Source of the DNA: Tubulanus polymorphus
Taxonomy: Eukaryota > Animalia > Nemertea
Length of the DNA: 64,000 bases
Assembly: GCF_964204645.1 (NCBI RefSeq)
Contig: NC_134027.1
Span: 15,222,485 to 15,286,484 of the forward strand
Direction of reading: 5' to 3'
Positions 13,111 through 24,161 of this stretch are shown here, piece after piece. Positions within the stretch are counted from its first letter, which is position 1. The number at the start of each line of letters is the position of its first letter. Position numbers and translations under genes: made by a program. The notes beneath the pieces were generated by a model. The model saw nothing but the letters and a program-made list of their open reading frames with translations. It ran no database searches and was not told where the DNA came from.

Positions 13111-14528
13111 ATGGATGTAGAAGGTAGAGAAGATTATGAAATGGAAAACATGGGAAATAATAATGATGCCAATACTAACGATGATGATTATATGACTGCT
13201 GATACTAATATTGATAATGATGGTAATGAATCAGCATATAATTCTAATTTAGCAGAGAGTGGTTCTAAAGCCCCATCAACAGATGAACATGATAGAAGAA
13301 TGAGATCGAGAATACCTACTGAAAATGAAAATCCAGGTTTATTAAAGGAAGATTTAGAATATAAATTCTTTATACATAAATTCCAACCTGTATTTGAAAG
13401 ATCTGGATATAATATAAATGATAGAGGCGCCAGACTTTTAGTAAAAGAATTAAAGTTTTTAGATGGTGAATATTATTATAGGTTGAAAGATGATTCGGAT
13501 TATTATATTAATATCTCTAATAAAAAAGAAGAAAAAATAATAGTAAAATCAACTTTGCTTAAGTTTGACTCATCTAGAATTAAGAGAATAAGAAATAGTA
13601 ATGAAATAGAAGATGTAACACAAGAAGAAATTATTAAAAATAAAAGAGTATTTAAACAAAGAATTAATAAATTATTTGAAACAATCGAAGATAATCCAGA
13701 AACAGAAACAACTTCTGAACAGAATAAAACTTCCAAAACTAGTAAACTTAAATCAAATAAAGTTCCAATTGAAAAACTTTTACCGAATGGATTAATTGAT
13801 GCAACAGATCAACAATTAGAAGATTTAAATAATATATTTTCTGATGAAGCAATTAGAGAAATTATTAGTATCAGACTTGCATCTGATAAAATTGCGCATG
13901 ATAAAAGTATAAGAGATTTAAAAATTAGAACTTTAGATGATGAATTATTTAAATCAAGAAAAGAATCGGAACAACTAAAATTAGATAGAGATAATAAAGT
14001 TATTGAAGAAATCGAATTTAAAAAAAGAAATGCATATTTAGAAAAAGAAAAAGATGATTTAGAATATAACATAGAATTACAAAAAGAAGAAATTAAATTA
14101 TTATTAAAATCATATGATTATAATATAAATAGATTAAAAGTTATTTTTAAAGATTTGTTGATTAAACCAGATTCTGAAATATCATTGAAAGATAGAATAA
14201 AATTGTTATTTAAATTAGAAGGAATAACAATTCTTTCAATTCAAACAGCTGTAACTATGTTATTTACAACAATTGGTTTAGCAATATCAAATTCACTGAA
14301 ATCTACTCCTACTCCCAATAAACCAGATAAACCCCCGAATGATAATAATTCTATACAAGATAAAGTTAAGGATGGTTTAGCAATTAGAAATTAGCGTCAA
14401 TTGTTAGTTTTATATTGAAATCTGCAGGAAACATTATTAACTTTGCTGCTGAACATAATATTTTATTTTTAATTACAGTTGTAAGTGCAATTATTTTTGG
14501 ATTAGTAAACATGATTGAAAATAAATAA
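13111..14528 (+). pseudogene. Acidic/coiled-coil protein with C-terminal hydrophobic segments
   Basis: 427-aa ORF. Comparison with the homolog at 44840-45218 shows an internal deletion near 14380 that shifts the frame. Confidence 0.7.
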
Positions 14529-14548
14529 TTAATTTTTTTGTTAAATAA

Positions 14549-15796
14549 ATGAGTGGGAGTTATATCAATCCTTCTAAGAATCATAGAATATCTAATGCTA
14601 TTAAAGCAGAAAGATCACATCATATAATTACTCATAACCCTTCTAATATTAATCCCGATGAAACTTTATATGTTAGAATCCCTCGATTAACACAAAATAC
14701 TTTTTATGTTCCAAATAGTATTTATTTATCAGCCGATATAAAAGTAATCGGTAATAATAATAATTATGTTGTTGATAATGTTGGAAGATATATAATTAAA
14801 AAATTAACTATAAAGATTGGTCCAGAAACAGTTTTCTCATTAGATGATTATAATTTATTTATGCATTATAAAGATTTATGGTTAACTAAAGAAAATAGAA
14901 ATAATATGATATTTCAAGGAATCCAATCAGAAAACCAAAATAAATTAAGATCAGGAGCTAATGACGCAATAGTAACTCGTACCGCAGATGATTTGATAAA
15001 AAAGATTTATGGAAGCAAATATAAAATTCCATTAGACTTTGAATTGATAAATAATAATGCACCTTTATATAAATATGCAATTCAAGAAGATGTTATATTC
15101 GAAATAACATTTGCTCCTGTAAATGAAATTGTAATATCTAGCGTTGTTAAAGATATGAGTTATAAATTATCGAATATATGTTTAGAATATGATACTGTAA
15201 CTGATGAAAATATTTCAAGTATAATTCAAACTCAATACAATCAAGGATTTTCATTATTATATGATTATATTGATAAATTTAAAACTGTAACTATTAATGC
15301 AAATGATGAAATTATTAATGAGAATATTAACTTCCCAAGAAGATCTATTAAAGGTATATTAATATTTTTTACCATTGCAACATATTCTAATGGTGCAATA
15401 CAGGTTGATAAGTATTATAATCCTGAAATAACAAAAGTAGAAATAACTATCGAAGGAATAGCAAATAAAATATTTTGTCAAGGAATGAGAATGATTGATC
15501 AATGGCCAGAAATTAGAAAACATTTTATGAATGAAAAAGTAAAATCATCTGAAAATTGTAATATTAATCAAATTGATTATTATACCGGTAATAAATATGC
15601 ATTATGGTTAGATTTTAGAACAACAGAGGATAATTCATTACATGGTTCTGGAAAAAAATTACAAAACACTAAAGATGGAATACAATTATTCATGACAAAG
15701 AAAAAAGGAAGCCTAAATTTCAAAATGCACATTTATATTATATCTGACGCGCAATTAAATATTGTAAATTCTCAATTAAATAGTGTTATGTATTAG
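14549..15796 (+). CDS. Major capsid protein (double jelly-roll, hexon-like), intact
   Basis: 415-aa ORF with ITHNPSNINPDETLYVRIP, ICLEYDTV, NFPRRSIKGILIFF and YALWLDFRT. A second copy sits next to integrase and ATPase in element C. Confidence 0.8.
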   Translation: MSGSYINPSKNHRISNAIKAERSHHIITHNPSNINPDETLYVRIPRLTQNTFYVPNSIYLSADIKVIGNNNNYVVDNVGRYIIKKLTIKIGPETVFSLDDYNLFMHYKDLWLTKENRNNMIFQGIQSENQNKLRSGANDAIVTRTADDLIKKIYGSKYKIPLDFELINNNAPLYKYAIQEDVIFEITFAPVNEIVISSVVKDMSYKLSNICLEYDTVTDENISSIIQTQYNQGFSLLYDYIDKFKTVTINANDEIINENINFPRRSIKGILIFFTIATYSNGAIQVDKYYNPEITKVEITIEGIANKIFCQGMRMIDQWPEIRKHFMNEKVKSSENCNINQIDYYTGNKYALWLDFRTTEDNSLHGSGKKLQNTKDGIQLFMTKKKGSLNFKMHIYIISDAQLNIVNSQLNSVMY

Positions 15797-15828
15797 AATT
15801 TTAACTTTAATAAAAATGTATATAATAA

Positions 15829-16233
15829 ATGGAAGGTAAAGTATATAAACATATTCCATATATCGATACACATGAAAATAATGATGGTTTATATTATGTA
15901 ATACCTTGTAATATAGCTTTGATATTTGATCCTATTTTCAAAATTTATAAAACTAAACTAATAGAAATCGATAATAATAAAAGTGGTGTTGTGAATAGTT
16001 TAAGTAATGTAATACCTTCTACATCTAATAATGTAATACCTTCTACATCTAATAATGTAATACCTACTCCATCTAATAATGTAATACCTACTACATCTAA
16101 TAATGTAATACCCTCTACATCAAATAATGTAATACCTACTACATCTAATAATGTAATACCTTCTACATATAATAATGCAATAATATTATCATATTCATCA
16201 TTCATGTCAAATTTAGATATTGGTAAAACGTGA
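15829..16233 (+). CDS. Hypothetical protein with NNVIPSTS repeats (3' end chimeric)
   Basis: TAAATG start; includes a 24-bp tandem array and runs into the antisense of the HNH gene. Confidence 0.45.
   Translation: MEGKVYKHIPYIDTHENNDGLYYVIPCNIALIFDPIFKIYKTKLIEIDNNKSGVVNSLSNVIPSTSNNVIPSTSNNVIPTPSNNVIPTTSNNVIPSTSNNVIPTTSNNVIPSTYNNAIILSYSSFMSNLDIGKT
16004..16180. repeat. 24-bp tandem repeat, ~7 copies
   Basis: Unit AATAATGTAATACCTTCTACATCT. Confidence 0.95.
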
Positions 16234-16709
16234 TCAATATGAAAGTATTCACCATAATTATCTATATTCATTTAATCGTCGAATTGATATATAATCCATG
16301 ATTTGAGAAATTCATCTGAACAATCCACTAAATTTGTTAGTGTGTATGAGTGTTTGTCTTTACTGAATAATTTTGATAATCTAATTCTCAAACATTGTTT
16401 CAATTTAAAATTAAAATCTGTATGATATTTTTCTTTATAATAATTTTCATTATATACTTTAATATGTTCTAAATGATTTTCTTTCCATTGCTTATTTTTA
16501 TCTTTGCGTGTTTCAGTATTATTTCTATAATTTTGTTTGTCACTTAGTTTACTACAAGTTTTACAATAACTTTGCTTACCATCTTTCTGAGTTTTATAAT
16601 TATAATATTCCGAAAGTTGTTTATTTATTTTACATTTAGAACATGTCTTCTGATATATATTTATAACACTATTTGTAATATTGTTAGTTTGTGCTTGTGT
16701 ACTTTCCAT
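16185..16709 (-). pseudogene. Zn-finger plus HNH endonuclease of large-DNA-virus type, truncated
   Basis: KTCSKC...DGKQSYCKTC, then an in-frame stop at 16272-16274, then MNIDNYGEYFHIDHVLPISKFD. The C-terminal half of the HNH motif is missing. Confidence 0.7.
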
Positions 16710-16738
16710 TTATAATATATATTTTCATTAAAAATTGA

Positions 16739-19700
16739 TTAACATTTTTGTATCCTGTTCATTATTTCCTTCTCTTTTGTTTCTTCTCTTTTGAATTTTA
16801 GATATTCTTCTAAATTGCAACCATAAGCAACTGTGTGTATACCATCATCTAAAATATATCTTTTATCATCAAATGGGTTTAGACTTATCTTCTCTATCTC
16901 TTCAATAAACATTTCATGATCTTCAGATCTTAAACATCTCATCTTATGTTTTCTAACTTCTTCATTGAATATACAATTGATGTAATCTTTGAAATGAATA
17001 TTTTTTTCTACTACACTTTTAGTAATTCCTTTCAATTTCTTTGATTCATGAGCTTTAGTTTTATATGAATACATTTTAGATCTAACACCAATGAATTCAA
17101 TCATTTCTTCACCACCTAATTCATCTTTTAATTTACCAGGCACCTTTTTATTATCATTGTTAAACAATTTATGATCTTTAGGATAATTACTAAAATCAAA
17201 ATGATGTTTTAATGTTCTTAAATCATCAGTTATGTTATTAGTTTTTATCTTTAATATGTAACTGTCGGTATCAAAATATAAGATTTCTATATGCTTTTCT
17301 CCAAAATGAGGTTGTAATATGTTATAATAGAATTCATACATTAATAACTTTGATATTTCTAAAACTGTAGCTCCAACATAGATTGGTTTATTAAATTTCA
17401 TAGATGTTCTCCTCATTTTAACTGCAGCAAAATTTTCATTAAATATTCTGTTACCTATGAACTTAGGATATGTTTGTAAATGTCTAATTCTTTTACCATT
17501 ACTAACTAACTCAATATCATTTCTATTTCTAATATTTTCACAAGTCTAACCATAGAATGCATTATTCATTATTTTGAAGAAATCTTTCTCAAAATCAGTT
17601 TTAGCTTTAGTTCTCTGTTTGGTGTTAACATCTATATATTTTTCTAACCATTTAGATTGACTTAACGAAATATATCTATGTACTTTTTTAGGATCATTCC
17701 TTGATTCAAATAGAATTTTAACATTCTATAATGCACTACATAATTATATTTATCTTCCTGAGTTACCATTAACTTTTCTGTATGAATATGATTTTCGGGT
17801 TTAATTCTTTTTTGATAATTTGATGATTCTTCATGCATTACAGTTTTATGTTCTGGACAGTATGCTAGATTTCTAGATTTAAATCTTTTATCTTCAGGAT
17901 ATTCCAAGTCTACAACAAAGAAGTAACCAGTCTCTGAATCATCTGCAATATCTAGAATTCTTTCCTTCCAATCAAATTTACCATTATTTTTATGTTGTAA
18001 AACTTCACTTATTTCAAATACTCCATAAGGTTGTGGTTCCATCATTGCCCATCTATAAAGATTATTTGCATCTATATATAATAACTTATATCCAAGATTA
18101 TCATTTACATTGAAATATCTATCACCTAATACACCTGAAACTCCTCTTATAGATTTTTCAAATAATAATAATTGATCTATATTTGTTAACAAATCCATTT
18201 TTATATCTGTAAATTTTAAACCACAATCCCAAGTTAATCCTGGTGATGAATAACAATGGCAAGGATCAATATTAAAATATTTTAGGTTTACATCTCTAAA
18301 CCTTTCAAATATATCAGTCAATAGTAATACATCTGATTTTAAATATGAATCTACCAATTGTCCATGTTTTTTTATCTTAAAATGATTCCAAATATTCAAT
18401 GTTCTATTATATACTTCATCTTTAACATATTCATTTTTTAATTCATCATAGAATTGTTCTTTTAATAATTCAGTTATATTGAAATCATTATGCGATTTAT
18501 AAAATGAATATGGTATTGCGCCTTTATATCTCATTAATTGAAAATCATCATTATTTGGATAGTGTTGCTTTAATATTTTTAATTCATCATCAACTTATGA
18601 TTTTGATAAATTATCAAATGAACTACTTAAAAATCTATATGAATCTATAAATCTTAGACACCCAAATTGGAATGATATATAATTCTCAGATGTTTTAGCT
18701 AACATTTTAAATTTATAAGTTGGTATTTTATCTTTTGATCTATTTGAATTTAATCTTTCTATTTCATTATTGATTTCTTCTATTTTATGGCATAGCTGTT
18801 TGATGAATAAATGAGCATCATATCCTGATAAATTATGAAATATTACTGGAACAAAATTGATTTTCTTAGCTTGTAAGTTACAATTCTCATGCGCTGCGCC
18901 TCTAAACTTTCCATTCAAATGATCATCGTCTCTTACTTTTTTATCTTTTAGATTAAACGTCTTTTCGCAATAATAACATTTATCAGCAAACTCAAATTCT
19001 TCTTTATCTTCTTCTGTCATTATAATTTCTTTATTTGTATCTAATACTTTACTAAATTTGATTTCATACTCAATTAATAGGTCACAAAAATGATTGATAA
19101 CATTTTCATTTCTATAATTATAATATTCACTTTTAATTAGTTCTGGATAATCAGATTATATATATAACCCGATAGCTGCAGCTGATTGATGAATCTTTTT
19201 AATAGTATTTGTTATTAGAGGATCTGAAAAATCAATTATATCATTTTCATTAGAATTTAATTTCTTTCTTTTATGATATATTTCTTTTCTATCTTGATCA
19301 GTTAATTCTTTATTTAATGATTCAAAATCTCCATATATATAACAATTGGTACTTTATTCTTGTAATTATATTTTTGAATTCAAATACTTTATCCTTTTCA
19401 TTTGGTAAAACTATTTTACAATAATCATGATTTTCACATAATTGTTTATGATTTAATAATGCACTTTCAGTTCTGAATTTAGTTATACATTTTCTACATA
19501 TATATATTTTATTATCAAAATCATTTTCTGATTTGAAAAATAAATCAATACGTTTAATATTTATCCACATATAATGATTCTCATAATATAGTATATCTAT
19601 AACATCATTTGAATTATAATCTTTTGATAAGTATAGAGGTTCTAATGTATAATGTTTAATATTATTACCTTTTGTTTTTGGCAATTTGACTAAATCAAAC

Positions 19701-20768
19701 AGATTTATCTTTATATTATCTCTTTCTATTTTTGGGATATTTTTAATTCTAACAGGATAATTGTCTATCTTATAATTATTTTCAAATGGTTTGTAATTTG
19801 ATACTCTACAAATATTATCAGTTGCAGGATGTAAGCAACTAATTATTGACCATAGAAAGCATTTATCATCAGAAGTGTGTACATTTATAACAGCATTAGT
19901 TATAAATGGTAATTTGATATAACTTGATCCGTTAATATTATCATCTTTATAATATGATAAATCATTTTCATCAATTGGTTTTGATTTAGTTAACTTATTA
20001 TATTTTGTGTTATAAACATGTAAAGTCATAAATATTATTTCATCAAAAATTAAACCAGACCCTTCAAAATATTTCTCTTCTATTTTACTTTTTATTTCAT
20101 TATAACATTTATCTAATTTATCATCTATATGTTGTTTTGAAATAATATGTTGTGAGTGGGAATTTATATTATATATTGATTTATCTTCAGATTTTATGAA
20201 TTTAACTTTAGAAGATATACTAATTTTAGGGTATTCAACATCAGTAATTATTCTTATAATATTTTCTAAATGTTTTTTATTTTCTTTTAATGTTTTACCT
20301 TTATGAAATTTAAACTCGATAGCTGCTGGACCAATATCACTTTTAAATGCTTCAGTTATCTCTTATTTCTTTTTTATTATCTAATGAATTAATATAATTT
20401 CTAACATCTTCCATGTATGGTCTTTTATTATTTAATTTATTTTTTCTTTTAATTGTCTTCTGTTTCTTATCATTATCATTATCAAAATATTCTTCACCTA
20501 AAATATCATTATTGATATTTCTAATATGACTTTTAGATTTTAAATGTTCTTTATAATATCTTTTATCACTGAATGATTGATTACATGCATCACATTTGTA
20601 TGTTTCTTTTTCATTCTTCAATTCCTCTAATTTATTTTCTAATATATCATCTTTATATTCTAATTTCAATTTATTTTCTAAATGTGTTCTAGTTTTTTTG
20701 TGTCTTGCTTTTTGAGATTTATCTATATCAATTTTACATGTTGAACAGTAGTACTTATTTGCTTCCAT
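16739..20768 (-). pseudogene. pPolB: Protein-primed PolB (pPolB-2), disrupted, intein-free
   Basis: Same motif series as pPolB-1, including YFDTDS and VRSKMYS...KLKGI; several frameshifts and stops. Confidence 0.95.
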
Positions 20769-20818
20769 TTTAATATCCAATTTTTATTAAAATTGATTTT
20801 ACATATTTTATTCGAAAT

Positions 20819-21151
20819 CTATTTCTTTTCATTCTTACCTTTGTATATGAAATAGAAATTTCCAGAACATAATTCTCCTAAATCTTCACTTGATAATCTA
20901 TGAAATCTATCTGGTAAATATGTTCTGAATTTATATGTATTTCCTTTTAATCCTTCATATTCTAAGTGGATAACTAATTTATCTCCATATTTGTTAGTAA
21001 CTGTATCAATATTTGTAATTAGATATTTCTTATGAATTGTTAATTCTGTTAACTTTTTGAATTTATAATCTACAGATTTTACATTTGTGATATCTTTAAT
21101 TCTATCTAGAAATGATTTGTTGTTCTCACTGTGTACTTGTTTACTCTCCAT
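20819..21151 (-). CDS. Small Polinton protein, possibly OB-fold/ssDNA-binding
   Basis: Homolog of 8787-9139, here located upstream of pPolB. Confidence 0.6.
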   Translation of the reverse strand: MESKQVHSENNKSFLDRIKDITNVKSVDYKFKKLTELTIHKKYLITNIDTVTNKYGDKLVIHLEYEGLKGNTYKFRTYLPDRFHRLSSEDLGELCSGNFYFIYKGKNEKK

Positions 21152-21210
21152 TTTAATGACATATTTTTCATTAAAATAAATTGTAGAAGTTATTTGATTT
21201 ATATTTTAGG

Positions 21211-21362
21211 AGTAATAGGGAATATGTTGTTCTAGATTAAAGGTTGAGAGGTTGAGTGAGTAGAAAATGAAAAATAAATTCGAGTGTGTGAGAATTTATT
21301 TTTCATTTTTTACTCACTCGACCTTTCGATCTTTGATCTAGAACAACATATTCCCTATCACT
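21211..21362. repeat. Terminal hairpin
   Basis: AGTAATAGGGAATATGTTGTTCTAGAT...ATCTAGAACAACATATTCCCTATCACT. Confidence 0.9.
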
Positions 21363-21940
21363 CATATCAATATATACGTACATCTCTGAATTTCGTTCTT
21401 TGGGCTTTGGTCCGTTTCTCCGAGGCATTCCAACCACCCTTACGATTTCAACTTTTTCCGCGTTTGGAGAGGCGCCCTCCTTCGAGGATTCGTTCGACGA
21501 TTTAGCCACTCATGAATGATAATCTCCCTGACGGAGGTGGTGTGATCCACCCCTTTTCGGACTCCCTCCCTGAGTCCGTTCGACATCAGCTAACTTATGT
21601 AGCGACGTTCACCTTCCCCCACCACGAGGAATCACGTGTCCGGAAGCGTGCAAACCCGCTTCCCTGAGGAGACTTTGTGTCGCGATAGGACACCGGAGCC
21701 GCCCGCTTATAATAATTCCCCCCATTACGATACATTGAGCTCATTCAATTTAATACGTATAACTTCTAATTTCTTAAGAAATTCTCAGTTGTATCTCAGA
21801 AAATCTTCATCAGAACACACACAATGACCTACAAATAGACAATCAACAGAATATTTGTAAATAAGTATTCATTTACTGTTCACAAGTTTTAAAAGTCATA
21901 GTCATTGTGAAGTGAAATGAGTTAGGTTATCTGTCGTATA

Positions 21941-23895
21941 TGTAACGTTTTACGCGTTCTAGCATTTTGCCTAGTGTGAAGGCACATGTACCAGTTAAAA
22001 TTGTTGAAGCAAGTTCTTCATAAAAGACACCAACGTGATATCTAAAATGTATATCTATGTAAATATATGTATGGTGAGTTCATGTTTTCTGGACGAACAC
22101 TGGAGTTATACTGATGAATCCTCTTCTCTTACGAATGCCCCCTCTCTTCTTACGAATGAATCCTCTCCTCTTTTACGGATCACCAAGAGATGTATCTCAT
22201 CTCCGGGAATGAAAATCGGTATTGTAATTATCATAATTTAGGTAAGGTAAATGCTTTAGGCAATATAGGCGACGTTACGAGTCCTCCTGCGTCCACATAA
22301 CTAAGGCGAGTATAGTTAAGATAGTTGTACCTCCACAGGAAAAAAAAAGATAGTGCTCAACATTCCGGAGACTGCAGTGGCTTTAGAGAAATGCAAAAAT
22401 CCCCGACTACACTCAGGTGTGCGACTCCCGGAACTCCCACGGCTTGATGTGAGAAATGTTACTGCACACAGCATCACGCCTAGGGTGATTGGCCACTCAA
22501 CCCGAACATGATACGCGGTAACCAGCGCACGCTTACTCCGGTCCCGAAATCGCCCTATCTCATTCTATAAGGGACTCGGGTCCCAACACTCACCCGCTGG
22601 CGTGACAGCACGTCCAACGCCTCAGGATACAAAGCCGACGAACGCTGCATCGTACATCGAAGGACCCCGGGGCCTTATCCGGTGATCCTCTACTGCCGAG
22701 TCCGCAACACACCTGCTACACCACAATTCAGGGGTACTCGCACATATAAATAAGCCACAAACAACCAAAATCAACCTAAATGACCACGTGTTTAAAGGAA
22801 AATGAATCGATGTACACTTTATTTTCTATCGACTATAATTGCTCTCTGACGTATATTCTTCCACTACCGGCGACTCAGCTCTATCTATGTCGACACTAAA
22901 TTGCGAGGCTCCCATCTGCTCACCGGAGCGTACCTGTGAGAAAGGAAATAACTCGACTTTATATACGCGGACTTAATTATCCCACACCGAAACTTTCGCG
23001 AAGCACGTGACTCAAGGTTCGTCATACAAAACGTTACGGGGACATATATTTATTTCACACTATTAAACGAGGTCATCTCCCTCCACAAAATGTAACTTAA
23101 ATACTACTACTATACGCGGGCATACACACTCCCGTCCGAACGGTACAACTAGCTCGCCTCGGGCCCCGACATATTAACATTGCACGTATAAACTTTATCT
23201 ATCCACTTATTCCTACATCATAGGGCGTTAAGCATTAAACTACGACTAAGGGACACATATTTCCCTTGGAAACATATAGGGGACTTGTTTTACTATATAC
23301 ACAAAGGTACGGACGACTCAACTACGACGCGTACAAATTCCTGGCCCTCAACTAATAACGCGCCCATGCGGCGCCACAGCCCCGCAGGGCGGACACACGA
23401 CGAAACTCAACCACTTACATCTTGCAGCGACTACTTTCTTCTTCTTTACCCCACAACGGTTCAGAGAAGACTGTCCGAGTCGGCGAATCGTGCGCCTTTT
23501 ATTTCGAGATTACCGACTGCGGAGTGTCGCGTCACGCTTTTTGTTGACTTCGCGCCGCGTGAGTGACTGTGCTCGGTTCGGACTTTCGAAGTGCTCCAAA
23601 CTCCTCATTTCTTCACCGATTTCTTTCAAGTAAACATTTCCTGAAAGCTTCTTTTTGGGGTAAGCGGATAAAATAATAAGAACCATAAGAAAAATTCTTT
23701 CCTTTGTACCGGAACGGAGAGAAGGGCGCGCAGAAACCGGTCTCGGCAGCCGGCGCGCGCTTCAAACCCCGGATAAAACGCTCGTAGCAAATTATAACTT
23801 CAGATTTCTTCACCAACGTTCCAGCGTACCTCAAAACTATCTAATATTCACAGCTATTCACTCGGAAAATATCACGAGATTTCAATTTAATTACA
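21941..23895. mobile_element. LTR-like sequence distantly related to 1-1981 and 26066-28518 (right boundary uncertain)
   Basis: Starts TGTAAC where it interrupts a repeat also seen inverted at 50704-50880. Block 23460-23540 resembles 1210-1310. No TSD found. Confidence 0.35.
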
Positions 23896-24161
23896 AAAGG
23901 AAAACGCCGATTATCTGAAGCGTGACGAATGAGGACATGGGAATGATTGACAGGGTTACGTCACATTCATAAACAACTCGCACGTGGCATTCGGTTCGGC
24001 GCAACCTGATACTAAATGATACTAGACTCCACAAATCAGCACTCCCCAAATCCGACCCGACGCATAGGAGAATGGGTGAGAATGCCACGAATCGCACGTC
24101 TACTAACTCGATTTTCCTCATGACTCCGAAAAAGAAGGCAACTCACTGTTTATTGTCAAGG

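Larger units (their letters stand above)
3621..21362. mobile_element. Composite Polinton/Maverick (adintovirus-like) element A, two convergent partial elements
   Basis: Very AT-rich and gene-dense, with AG...CT ends and terminal hairpins (3621-3809, 21211-21362), two pPolB, MCP and minor capsid. Flanks TAAGAC/CATATC do not form a TSD. Confidence 0.85.

Noticed and set aside
13503-14072. Antisense ORFs (also 8229, 15945, 44917, 45832, 46662, 47603)
   Set aside because: Shadows of coding sequence on the opposite strand; only the first ~30 codons of 15945-16271 are real (HNH).
16004-16180. Possible CRISPR-like array (also 41488-41762 and 52185-52273)
   Set aside because: Head-to-tail repeats without unique spacers, in a eukaryotic context with no cas genes.
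21363-21735. Possible retroelement coding fragment next to the hairpin
   Set aside because: Too short, with no diagnostic motif.
21740-21940. Inverted similarity to 50704-50880 as a possible giant TIR pair
   Set aside because: Lies outside element C's TSD with no terminal motif or TSD of its own; more simply a dispersed repeat.
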